Assembly: GCA_040954595.2 (NCBI GenBank)
Contig: CM082586.2
Coordinates: 8,525,337 to 8,589,336, forward strand
DNA length: 64,000 bases
Reading direction: 5' to 3'
From: Balanoglossus misakiensis
Taxonomy: Eukaryota > Animalia > Hemichordata
Under the pieces are notes generated by a model that was given only the letters and a program-made list of their open reading frames with translations, was not told the DNA's origin and did no database searches. The position numbers were made by a program, and so were the translations under genes. Positions 51,937 through 64,000 of this stretch are shown here, one piece after another; positions within the stretch are counted from its first letter, which is position 1, and each line of letters starts with the position of its first letter.

Positions 51937-52812
51937 GGGCGTCTCTGAACGCGGGATGCAGTACAGTGACGTATTTGCAAAACAAGTATGACGAGACCGG
52001 ACTAATCGCCGCCCGTGGCGCACTTTGCTGTCAATAAAGCGCAAGCCTCGAGCGCAACCCAGACTATAGGAATTCTGTCGTCGTCACAGAAATATAGAAA
52101 ATGACAACAGAGGGTGGTAGCTCTTCATACTCTGACCTTCATATGCCAGGCAAAATTCATGATGGACAGTTTGCGAACATTTATTTGGAAGTCGGGGGAA
52201 GGTAGAGATTGAAACATGGAGGCAAGAAACACAATTGCGAAACGGTCGTCGAGTCACTGAAGACAGTGCGTACTGCTGGATTATCTGTCGATAAAAACGC
52301 GTTTTCTGCTATGGACGGCCTCTCAAAAACATGTTGCTGCCGCAGTTTTAACAGTTCGATCAAATAACTCAGAATCGTGTTCATTTGAAAACCAGTTACC
52401 ACCAAGTCTTCCGGACAGTTGTCACGTTAACGGAAATGAAATAGCCTCCTTTAAGTATTTTGAGTATTCTGTGAATATACTAAATTTTATCTGCAAAACC
52501 AGAAATATGCCAGAAATACTGTATCTTGATTTTTGGAGAGTTTGGGCATTTTAAGTATGAAGGAAAGAATGTTCTCTGTTTTAGAAACACAATCTCTTGT
52601 TTTATTGTTACTTTTAAATCATAGATTGCACATAAAAGTTGGGTTACCTGAAAAGACTTTACTGTAAACTGTTTATATATTAGTTGGCAAAATATGAATG
52701 GTTATTAATACAAAGTCTATACTGAAATTCTCTTTACATCACCATTCTGCATAGCAAAGATATCTCATATTCTAAGTAAAATTATCAGAGTTTGGCAAAA
52801 TATGAACTGTTA

Positions 52813-53095
52813 GGCCAAAATAAAAAATATGTGCTGTTCCGATTACCAAACCTACCCTAATTTTAACCCGCCTACCCTAAACTTTTTAGAGCTTCGTAAA
52901 CCCGTAAGTAAAAATAACGATGTCAAATATACACAATTTATGAAAATTGCGAGAATCACACAAGAATTATGACGTCATTCTTCTACACTACGGCGGCCAA
53001 AGATATAAAAAAAAAATTCAACATAAAAATTTTCTTGACCTATCTACCCTATTTTTGAAAACTATGTAATTGGAACAGCATATATTTTTTTTGCC
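52813..53095. mobile_element. Harbinger/Tourist-like MITE family C, copy 3 (inverted)
   Basis: TTA-GGCC ... GCC-TTA; reverse complement of 29608. Confidence 0.85.
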
Positions 53096-56063
53096 TTATG
53101 AATACATGAAACATACACAATCTAGATATGTTTCATATTCTCCTTACCTTGTGTAAAACAATGACATCGTCTCATATTTAAATAAAATTACCAGAATTTG
53201 GCATTATGTGCTCTTTTTTACATCTTCTTAAAAGTAAATCACTCTGAACAATAGTGTATTGGCTTAAGTTCATTGTGGGTGACATCATTGCTGTCTCACA
53301 TAAAAACAAAACATAATGAAAAGTAACAATAGCATTTATATGTACACATAAAGAGAGAAACGATTTACGATCAAAGTTGTTATGATTTGCACAGGATAGC
53401 CCAAATAGCTGCCATTTTTTTATTTATTTTCACAATTTTATTTTACCTCTTTGAATGTTTCATTTAAGCGAGTTAACTGATGGTCTACACAAATATATTA
53501 TCAACATTTGATTTAAATATAAACAAGTTAATAATTAACGGGTGCCACACCTGTTTATTCAACTAACCATTGCAAGGGTATACAACGACCGTAGTAGTAT
53601 GCACACATGGGAATTAAAATCTCAACAAAGTCAGAATATTGCCATTTGTTGACTAAGAATATTAAAGGAAAAAACAAAACTATTTTCTGGATTAAAACTA
53701 TTGTAAAAGTGGCAGCTATTGGGGCTTTAATTTATTACTATATATTCACAATTTTCATTAATACCAAATTCAACATTTGCTATTTCATGATTCTTAAACA
53801 TTTCCAATGCAGAACCTGTGTGCGTAAATACTTTGTAGTGGGTCTAAATATACACATTTCATCTAACTTATAAAAAAGACAGCAAATATATAGATAGGAA
53901 TTGAATTTTATATAAAGTATAGCTCAGTGTAATATAGTATATATGATAGTGTTGGCAATGTGAGTTATGCCCGCTGCATGAGGGATAGTGTTTACTGACC
54001 ATAATACTGATGATGCCTAAACTATAGGCGAGGCCGAGGCTTCAAATCATGATGTTGCTTGAAGATCATGTGATAGAAATATTATTACACCAAACATTTG
54101 AAAATAAGACTTTTTATGAAGACTGTTGGCACAATTTGGAACTTACTTATTCAGATTCTGGGCGATAGGGGAGTTGTGTGCATACAATGGCACTCGAGGT
54201 GTTTATTTTGATTTTAGACGTCTGCAAATTCACTGGCATTGACAAAACTACAAAATAATGTAAGAATAATGTACTGGTACACCCCAATGACCCATAATGG
54301 ACTCAAGCACACATTGTACTCCATAATGTATTCAGCTTAGCCTCGTACATTATGTCGTACATTATGGGTCTTTGGGGCGTACATTATTCTCATAGTATTC
54401 TGTACTCCCGATTGGCTAAGACTGAATCACATGATATAGGGAAAATGTGAAGAAATTGACAGAGCCCATTGCCTGTTGGTAGTGAATATTGCCTGTTGTG
54501 AGGGGATATTGCCTGCTGGAGACCCCTTTTAGGTTCTGGGTTTCATTTCAGCACTTAACAAATCATCGTTCACCTGTTGCATTCCCTATCAATCAACTCC
54601 TGTATCTATAGATTTAAAGCAACGCACAGACTTAACACATGTTCAGTTGGACAATATTCGACTACAAATGGACAGTAAACACACCAGAATATTGCATCCA
54701 ACACCACAGTATCAGTTGTCCAAAATTATCTGAGTTTGAAGAACCGGTAAGCTTACAGTTCTGATGAGTCACTGCAATGACTCTGGACACATCCCTATAT
54801 GGCCACTAGCTGTTAATATGTTCTATGCTGTGTGTACAGGCAAAGCCCTATTAGTGGCCACCCCTATATAGTGGTCACTTTGTTACAGTCCGTCCCTGTG
54901 CAATTTACATGTGTGTTAATTTATCTCTATATAAAGGTCACCTCTCTATAAAGGCCAGTTTAGGAAAGTCCCTTGACTTGCCACTTCAGACAGGTTTGAC
55001 TGTATATCCAAATGTTCAGTGTAATAAAATCATTAACCCATAGTGCTCAGCCACATCACGATTTGTAGCCTGCCCTCAGGCTGGTGCTCTCATACAGGCT
55101 ACAATTTCCTGTGCTATCAGGTGTTATTATTCAAAGAGCACAGTGACAGTACAGAAAAATAGATAGTAGAAGGGACATGGTCATGTAACTGTGGTAAACA
55201 TCAATGGATCTCATTATTTGCACTGAACATTGGGGAGGGGGGGGGTATTGCAGATTAAACAAAACTGTCAAGCAGGAATGCTACGAGATCCATTGTGAAA
55301 TCAACGTGTCGTGTCAACTTTGTCCCCGATCCCTTGGCTAAAATATCACTTGACTTGTGTGAACTCCCAAATCATCAATTGGTTATCTAGGAATTGTAAA
55401 ATCTGTATGATTTCGAATACCTGTGAAGAAAATGTTTTCTTCTTTTCGACTGCAACTCTCTCTGTGAGACTTGGATATTTGCATAATCTCAAGCCAATTT
55501 TAAAGGGAAGGGGTCGTTGCGCCATGTGGGTGTCCCCCTTGATGAGAATATGTCCTCCCATACCAGCGCAAACCTCACTGCAGTCGCCACGACCTACTAG
55601 AATCTTCAGTTGCTGCCATGCCCAGTCTACGCTACAGTTGGCTGCTTCGTTCATTCTAAGAATGATCTAATTTGTTGTGGATGAATTGTAATGTTTATAA
55701 ACAAATGCGGCGCGACGACCCCTTCACTTTAATGGGAACCTGCAAAATAAAACGTTAGCCATGGATCCATAGTCAGCGTCACAGCTGGTTTTGATCTCGT
55801 TTTCACACATCACAGATCCATGAACAGGATTAGTCAGATTATGATGGCAGATTACAACCAAGTTTGCATCAAAGAAAACTGCCTAAATACCATCAGTTAC
55901 ATGTCTAGCTCCCTTTTACTGTCAGAACATATTTAGTCATTCACACAAGTGAATCTCCAAGTTATTTCTTTCATAAACTTGTATCCCTGATATGTGAAGG
56001 GTAGCCAGCCAATCACAGTATACCACTATGACACCAACCATCCACAGTATCGGTCACATTGTA

Positions 56064-59000
56064 TCAGTTCTCAGATTTCGACATGATAATCCATTCTGTC
56101 TGCGGATTTATCCTCTGTAATTCCAGCAAGTTGGTCATTGGATCTAAACACCTTTGACCTGAAAGTAGAAAATAAACATTATAAAGAATTTTACAAACGC
56201 ATATGATTATACAATCTGCAGTCCTATGTAAAATGCAACCACACAAAAACTTTAGACAAAAATGTGACTGGCAGTGAGTATCTCTCATGGGTGTTAAAGC
56301 GCCTAGCTCGTCTCACACGCATGTTCCAACTATAGCCGCTGGTTACAGACGTTTAGTGAACAGTCAATCCCATAAGGCAGTGCTCTGTCCTAACAACAGA
56401 GAAGATGGCAACGACCATAATCTGTGTTGGAGATCATGAAAAGACACTAGTAGTAGCTTGGGTGAAAAGGAGGGACAAAACCACAATCTACTTATATGGT
56501 GCGCATGAAATATGGAAGGAAGTGAAGGCAGTCCACTATTTGAAGGCAGTCCACGCGCATGCCGTGAGATGATCTATTGCTTTTAAAGAATTGCTAACAT
56601 AATCATAACACAACTTGAAAAAATCTGTTTTTTCGTGGATCCAAGGTTGAGTCTTACATGATTTAGTAAGAAACCTGGTAGCTGATTCAGCTCTGTTGTC
56701 ATTCTTCATCAAGATAGGAATGGCGCACTTCAGATTTTTGATCAAAAAGGTGAAATTGCAGAGTCACATTATATTTTTGAATGTGATGGCCATCATGACA
56801 ACACACACACATACATAATACATATATTTATATAATCACCAATATTTCCTCCAACTTCCCAGAGATGAATTTCAGCCTCATACGAATCTTCAGATGCTTG
56901 ATTAAAACTGAAGTAGAGAATAATTATAACAGAAATATGACAATTTATATGAAAAACAATGTCTCATGTATATTAACACATACATTAATCACCTTTGGCC
57001 GAAGTAAGTAAATTCTTTGTTTTGCGTCCACACGCGTGTAGGTTTCTGAGAAAAAACAACACAAAGTTTTCTTGGGAATTCTTGCTCATGGACAAAATTA
57101 TTTCATATTGCAGCAACATATTTTTCTGTGCAGTCATATGACAGCCATAGAACCACTTGGCAATGTAAAATGGCCATGTTACTATATGAATATGCATGCA
57201 GCATGGCAAAACTGTCAATGAAGGCAAATTGTTTTGTGTTAAATTTTGTGTGTGTGTTTAATAACCGCTTAGCCGCCTACCTTTCATTATTTTTAAGCGG
57301 ACGAGAAACAAAGAATTGATTTACTTTGGCCTTATTATTATAGTATGACGTCTTACTAACCAGAACTACTTAAACCTGTAAACAAAGTCAGCTTTGGTTG
57401 GCAAACATATACATCAGTTGTCATTACGGTATATTGGAAAAGATAAATAAAATATTTCACATGTAAATATATGGATGACCAATGATATTTGTAGTGTATA
57501 AGAATATGCCAAATGTTATCGTATCAAGGGGTTTAATTAAACATGAATAAAATTGCAAAAAAAGTGAGACTTCAAAAGCTAAGAGTGGGTTTCTTGTTAC
57601 CTTTCAGCCTCAAGAGTTGAAAAGCTGCTCTTTTTGAATTTATCCACAACATCAGCTGCAGTTGTATTCTCCGTAAGTTGCATTGTGATACTGATTTGTG
57701 TGAACTGTGGTGCCTGGACTCTTATAACACCCGCCTGGTAGTCTCCCTGGCAACAGATGTAACAAGAAATGAGTAAAGAATGGGGGTCACACACACACTA
57801 TTAATTAACCCTAACGCTGCAAAGTCGATTGAAACTGGTTTGATTTCCAGGGTGCCTAGAATCCTGGCTCCCAGGCCTGTGTGTGTTAATCAGTAGGGCC
57901 TATACAAGACCCTCAGACCAATACACTTGCAAACCAGTACGATTTGGTACATTTTACAGGGGGCTCAGACTGCCAAGTGTGTCTAAGTACGTATGAGAGC
58001 CATGCCAAGACAGTCTTAATACGTTCTAGAAGAAAAAGTGGCAAATACGTATTAAGGGACTTGACACTCTAAACAGGTATGACACCCAGTAGCAGCTGTA
58101 TGTTTCGACACTGGTGCAGGGCCAGTGTTTACTTTCTGCAAATACAGGGGATTAGCCCACAGAATCTCTGTGCGTCCACACACTTTACTTTTCGACGTTG
58201 TTTTGAAATCAACACCGTCTAAATGGCCATGTTTATAGGATGGAATGCACCACAGACAGAAACTGTAAGTGTGAAGTTGTGCATTTGTATAATCAGAAAC
58301 TAGTCTGTATAAATATGAATGTATCTGAAAATATGGTGTGATGAACATACTTTATACTTTATAGATGTCACAATACCTTTTTAGAGCCGTCTTTTCCTTT
58401 TTTACTGTGCATTCCAAAAAAATTCATCGACTGAAATATAAAAAAAAATCCATCATTAGGTTTATGTACCCATTCATTCTTCTCACCCGTGTCAGTTTTA
58501 ACACAATGGAAAATTTCTGTGAATAAAACACTGTGAATTCACCGCATGAAACCTTAACCAAAGTAAATACACAGAAAAGTTTGAATTAACATCATTGTAG
58601 GTCCAGCAAAATTATCAAAAAAAAAAACTTTAACCCTCTCACCACCATGGTTCAGTCCAAACCCATTGTTTTCTATGGTAAGGTTGGACATCTAAAGAGA
58701 GAACTGGGGGTGAAAGGGTTAAAGCATACATCTTGCTATCAATTGTGATTAGACTATATCATCTTGTTGGTTGCTTCCCGGAAAAAAAAGAAGAATAGAA
58801 AAAGAAGCCATGTCCCCGCATCAATTTTGAAATTTTGCTAGGACGCTAAACAAAACTTTTTTGGGGGCCTAATGGAGCTTTAATGCTAAGCCAGTTGTAT
58901 AATGATTGTATGGCATACACACAGACATTACAGCAACATACAGTGTTCTCCCCAGGAGTAGCAGCTAATTTGCAAAACAATGTAAACACTTGTTATGTTG

Positions 59001-62000
59001 ATTAAGTTCTATTGTCTTCTCAAAATTAAAGCGTAGTGGCCACTATGCTTTAATTGCTCCGGGGAGACCACTGATACTGGTAGAAAAACTCTGATGCACT
59101 GTTTCTAAAAATTGACTCACATATTTCGAATCTCTCGTCTTCTTGACTTCATTTTGTTGACTACTTTCATACAAATGTCGGAGTTGCAGGACCATGAATG
59201 AAGGAACCTGTATGACAAGACAAAATGATAAAACACTGATTACAGATTAAGGACTGAGTCAGTAAAGTGGAGAATAAACGAACAGAGGTTGTATGGAAGA
59301 AAAGCCTGTACTTGGAAAAGGCATGAGGGGCAAATTATCAACCTCTCCAAATCTGTGTTACTTATACCAGGGTTCCCAAGTCATTTACCACTGTTCCTTA
59401 GCCTTTATACAAAAACACTGCAAGGGTATGCTTACACACAGACACGAAAAGAGACTCACCATCCATAGTATTTCTTGGTAATTCACCAGCATTCTGACAA
59501 CATTGGCCGTGCCGGCAGCCAACTGCAGTTCTAGAGCACTCATAGCTTTAGTGAGACTCTTAACAGCAAACAAGTTGGGTGCCATGATCATGGCAACATT
59601 GACAAGGGACATCTTGTTCACAACTTCCCTCTTTACAAGCTTTTGTAGGAACTGCAGTAAAATCTGAAAGAAGAGAGAACATAAACCATGTCAGAAAAAG
59701 TAGGGTCAAAATGTGACCTTTATGGCTGCTTCATTTCACTTTGAGTTACTGTAGTAATATTGACCTGCATTGAACTAGTTTAGGCACATCGTTTAACAAT
59801 TTTGGACATTAAAACAAAAATTAGCAAAGTGGCTGCCAGGTGGCCTCATCGAATCATATCACAAAACAAATTGATGTGTATGTCACAGTACATATATTGT
59901 CCACTGTACCGAGGTTGAATGAAATTTGTCAAGATATGTCCAAGTAGCAGTGGCTGACTGGCAGCTGCACGCATTCAATCATGGATGCACGAAACCACAA
60001 TATCCTCTCCCCTTCTCAGAAGCGAGAGACACAATCAGCTTAGATAACCAGCATGTAAAATTTGAGTCAGAATAGTTCTTACCTTCAATGAATATCTGTA
60101 AACTTCTGGTAAAACTAAGATTAATAGATTGAGCGCTTGAATCTGTTCCTTTTTATCTGGAATAGCTGAAATTACAATTGAGTAAAATGCCTATAAATAC
60201 CGTGACTTGAACTTGAACTGTTTACTGTTATGGAATATAGGCGTAGCAATTTCCTGAGTACAGAATACAGCATGAGGTGTAATAATTCCCCTTAAAGGTA
60301 TACGGTCACCTATGGAAAATTAGCTACAGTTACCATGGCAAATTGAGATCTAGCCAATCACTAATTTTCAGTGGGTGGCACACGCGAAAAAAGGGCGCCA
60401 CCGTGTGTTCTTCAGAAAGCTTAAATACGCCATTTCAGCCATATATAGACGTATGTAAATTGGAGGTGACTGTATACCTTTAAGAGTTTGTATATGGCAT
60501 TTATAGTGGGAATTCTTGGACGAGTTTTTTTGTCAATATCAATTATGGTATGGTGATGATTGACTTGTGTCTAGACACAGAACTGAATCACCACTCACTG
60601 CATGTGATGATTTACATGTCAATCCATGTCCAGAAAGGATTATCATGTTCTGATTAACTGTCCTGAAATTTTGGTTGTGAATCATGACACCTAGTCTTAG
60701 ATAAAACGGTGCAAGCAAACTGAGCAGAGCTTTAATCCAAATAGGTGTGAACAGTGATAGCGACAGCAAAACTGAAAACTGGATTTCAATTTACTTACCT
60801 TCCACTTTGGCAAATGCCTGAATAAAGTCATACGTTAACAGTGGTATTGGCAATTCTCTTAGGAATAATTTGAGCAGTCCGGCGATGTCATGACAACGAG
60901 CACTGTTGAAGTTGAAGACATGGCAACCACTGGCATATTGAGATTCCAAGTCCTTCTTCAAAGCCTAACATGACAAATGAAGGAAAGTACATGTATATCA
61001 AACATAGAAGCAATTCTGGCTGCCTTAAATAGGTTTTAACTTTGCGCTAGGGGGTCAAATCACATTTCATTCTGGGCAAAAAGTCGACAACCCACTGTAG
61101 TAAGAGACAGAAGAAATGATATGTTTACTGCATTTCATAACTTCTTTTGGTCAAACATGTCAAGTTTCCATATTAAACTCATTAAACTTTTTTCACATTT
61201 TGTTATTTTTTCATTTAAAAAATTTCAGAATGACCCATCATCACTTTAGCTTATGAACTCCCATTTCTTAAACATCTTGAAATTGTGTCGACTATATGAG
61301 ATTTTCATCACTCACTTAAGTAGCTTAAAACCTATTTAAGTTAGGGAGAATAACATGATATTATCATAGACGGCATCCTCTGCATGGAGACGCAACCCTC
61401 TACCCTAACCCATTTTTCGCACGTTAGAGCGAGTGGTGCATGCAACCCCAAAACCACCCAAGAGTAGTAGTGTATCACAAAATATCCAATGTTAATCCTT
61501 GTTCAGCAGGTTCTACATGTAAAGAACAAAAACAACCCTAGGCATGTAGTATATATAGGGGTGTTTGTTCATGGGGTGTGGGTGGGGGGGCTGGAGAGGG
61601 GGGTGATGGTGCATGGTGGCCCGCACGAGCCCACAGACAGAATCGTCAATTACTCCAGACCTGTACTCTAAATACTGCGAACTTGTTGGTCTTGTCATGA
61701 TGTACAAGCTGGTCCATGGTGTCAATAAAATCATTTGGGGCTACATAACTTGTTTGCCGAGGAACTTGTCAAACTATTTAAGGTATACAGTCACCTGGAA
61801 AGTTAGCTACAGTTACCATGGCAAATTGAGATCTAGCCAATCACAGATTTTTAGTGGGTGGCACACACGAAAAAAAGAGCACCACCATATGCTCAATAAG
61901 CCATTTCAGCCATATATGGGCGTATGTAAATTGGAGGTGACTGTATAGCTTTAATGTGTAAGCCCTGTGTAGGCTCTAATTTGTATGTAGCTAGTTAGTA

Positions 62001-62789
62001 TCAACAAACCATAATTGACCATGTTATTTTGCACCCCTCCCGTAAAATGCACTCACCTTCATTCTTGCTGATGAACCAGGAATGCGCAGGATACCTTCAT
62101 CATCAAGGCAGTTTTCTTCTATGTACTCTAACATCTAAAGACAACAAAGTTTACATGGAGATACACTTTTTACTTATTTGATAATGATTCTGTTTATCGT
62201 TTACTGGTTGAAATATTCAAGAATATGTCATTGGCATCCTCATCCTGGTACATACAGGCAAATGCTAAATGCTTTTAAGAAGTGAGCCTTGTCTTGCCAG
62301 TATTCTGACTGAGCACAATAAGAAGTTGCTAAAATTAAGCAGATTTAAATCCACAATTTTGAAAACTATTCTTTGATATCAAATGACGTCAGATGCGCTC
62401 AGACGCGGTTATGTTGGCATTCACATTTCGAGGTGACGGGCAACTTCAGCAACATGGTGCAGACAAAGACTGTGCAGACGAAACGCCATGAGGCACCATA
62501 CCCGATACATGTTACGTGTCTGGCGGTTCTAAAGTAAAATAAAAACATACTCGGAAAAACTTTTACTGAATGCCAAAATATTGCTTGCCCGTCACCTGGA
62601 AATGACAACGCCGTGGGTCACATGGCTAGATCACATGATTGATACTAAAGCATTTGGTGATGTCAATGACTTTGTATGTTCTTTAGATTTTCCTTACCTG
62701 TTGCAATATGAGTGGTGCTTTCACATTTCTCACCCGTTTGTTGTCATTTTCAACCATAAGATGTAGAGGTACTCCAAATAAACCAGTCT
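56064..62789 (-). CDS. ARHGAP18: Rho GTPase-activating protein of the ARHGAP18/28/40 (conundrum) family, 5'-partial
   Basis: Exons 62789-62698, 62134-62057, 60964-60799, 60165-60083, 59663-59460, 59207-59121, 58430-58377, 57746-57601, 56907-56840, 56158-56064 (TGA). Motifs LFGVPL, EGILRIPGS (Arg finger), LLKLFLRELPIPLL, NKMSLVNVAMIMAPNLF, GVIRVQAP, EVGGNIGQRCLDP...NPQTEWII. Confidence 0.92.
57809..58092. mobile_element. piggyBac-type MITE, copy 2 (one TIR missing)
   Basis: TTAA-CCCTAA start; reverse-complement match to 22824-23129. Confidence 0.8.
58634..58718. mobile_element. Tiny piggyBac-type MITE
   Basis: TTAA-CCCTCTCACC ... GGTGAAAGGG-TTAA. Confidence 0.7.
60296..60479. mobile_element. 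Kolobok-like MITE family A, copy 3
   Basis: TTAA-AGGTATACGGTCACC ... GGTGACTGTATACCT-TTAA. Confidence 0.85.
61781..61950. mobile_element. Kolobok-like MITE family A, copy 4
   Basis: AGGTATACAGTCACC ... GGTGACTGTATAGCT-TTAA. Confidence 0.8.
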
Positions 62790-62982
62790 CTGGGGAAAGA
62801 AACACAAGCTGGTAATAATGAAATGTCGTTTGTTTTTAGTCTGTACATGAAATGAACACAATATGCCACCCTGGAAGTTTTAGACAATTTGTCAGACCAA
62901 ACCATGCACATGGGACGCACACGCACGAAACTGCAGCACACAAATATTTCCATGGAATAATTCATATGCAAATTGCTCTTAA

Positions 62983-63319
62983 AGGGACAAAGTCTCTCTC
63001 TCTCGCTGCCTTTTTTCCATTAATTATGTTTGATATAAGACTTATGTGAATGTACATGTGGATATATAGTGAATGAACGTTCGACCACACACAACTTGTG
63101 ACAGTGAAAAAATCGCCCAAACGAATAATCCGTCTTTACCATTTATTCATTTTGGCAAGATTTTTACTCTCATATCCTACAAACGGGATGGAATTTGTAG
63201 TGTATTGTGTGTGGTCGAATATTGATTTACTACATATACACATGTAGAATAACATAACGGTGTATTGCATCAAACATAATTAATGGAAAAGGTGCAGCGA
63301 GAGAAAGACTTTAGTCCCT
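62983..63319. mobile_element. Kolobok-like MITE family B, copy 3
   Basis: TTAA-AGGGACAAAGTCTCTCTC ... GAGAAAGACTTTAGTCCCT-TTAA. Confidence 0.8.
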
Positions 63320-63373
63320 TTAATTATGCCCCACCATATATTAACAGGTCTAGAACTCTGGAGATGTGATATA

Positions 63374-63531
63374 CAGTAGAACCTGTCTAAACCGAACACC
63401 AAAGGGACTGAAGAAATAGTTTGGCTTGCAGAGGTGTCCGGTTTATAGAGGTTCTTTTAACATGTGGTTCTATGTCAATGTATAGACAGGTTTCCAGATT
63501 AGACAGGGTTTGGCTTAGACAGGTTTTACTG
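63374..63531. mobile_element. Tc1/pogo MITE family D, copy 2
   Basis: TA-CAGTAGAACCTGTC ... GACAGGTTTTACTG-TA. Confidence 0.8.
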
Positions 63532-64000
63532 TACCAGATAGAATCACATTTGGTTCAGTGGTTTCCAAGTACCAGTGTAGATGTGCGGTACACAAAGGAG
63601 AATACGGTTACTTAATATTACTATGATTCGTCCAGATTTAATAATTACAATTTGAAATCGACAAATTATTGGTAGATAGAAAAATAGCGTCAAGGACACT
63701 GTGGTCCCATTTGAGGATTATGCGGAAACAGTGACACACCAGAATAAAAATTACAGGTGACATTGCAAGCAGATCTGCAAGCAGCAATATCGGGCCCAAG
63801 CCAACATAGCACATAGCAACATAGCAATAAGCATATCTGCTCTGGATGCCAAGATATGGAAAAGTAGGTCAAAGGTCACCTGAGGTTATGCAAAATTTGG
63901 GCAAGAAATGTTGACCCTATACTGGTCCATGTTCAACAAAAACCAAACCTATAGTCCTATTGGTTAGCCTGGAATTAGGTATGCACATAATTAATGAGAT

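Noticed and set aside
54761-54790. CTGATGAGTC...GAC resembling a hammerhead ribozyme core
   Set aside because: The required GAAA after stem II is missing. Similar partial motifs at ~18023 and ~34255 are also incomplete.
56993-57045. Candidate extra RhoGAP exon (NLHACGRKTKNLLTSAK)
   Set aside because: The obvious donor leaves phase 1 but the next exon needs phase 2; 57601->56907 already joins in frame.

Overview
Intron-rich animal genomic DNA; an invertebrate deuterostome is my inference from gene content and repeat style. Five spliced genes can be built from GT-AG boundaries and reading frame. (1) A membrane-anchored CLCA-family metalloprotease/VWA gene (+, 568-15284; 5' exons lie outside the window). 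(2) ECHDC3 (-, 19135-26577). (3) An uncharacterised single-pass membrane protein gene head-to-head with ECHDC3 (+, 27011-32182). (4) A Barx homeobox gene (-, 41498-44732). (5) The 3' part of an ARHGAP18/28/40-type RhoGAP gene (-, 56064->62789). The most striking element is an apparently intact 6.2-kb Tx1-clade non-LTR retrotransposon (-, ~1708-7895) inserted in a compound (ATG/GTG)n microsatellite inside a CLCA intron. It has a TAATG stop-start ORF junction, a 25-nt repeat array in its 3' UTR, and a possible ~140-bp target duplication. The rest holds many non-autonomous DNA transposons (Kolobok-, Harbinger-, piggyBac-, Tc1/pogo- and Academ-like), LINE relics, foldback palindromes and microsatellites. 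Exon coordinates were read by eye and may be off by a few bases.
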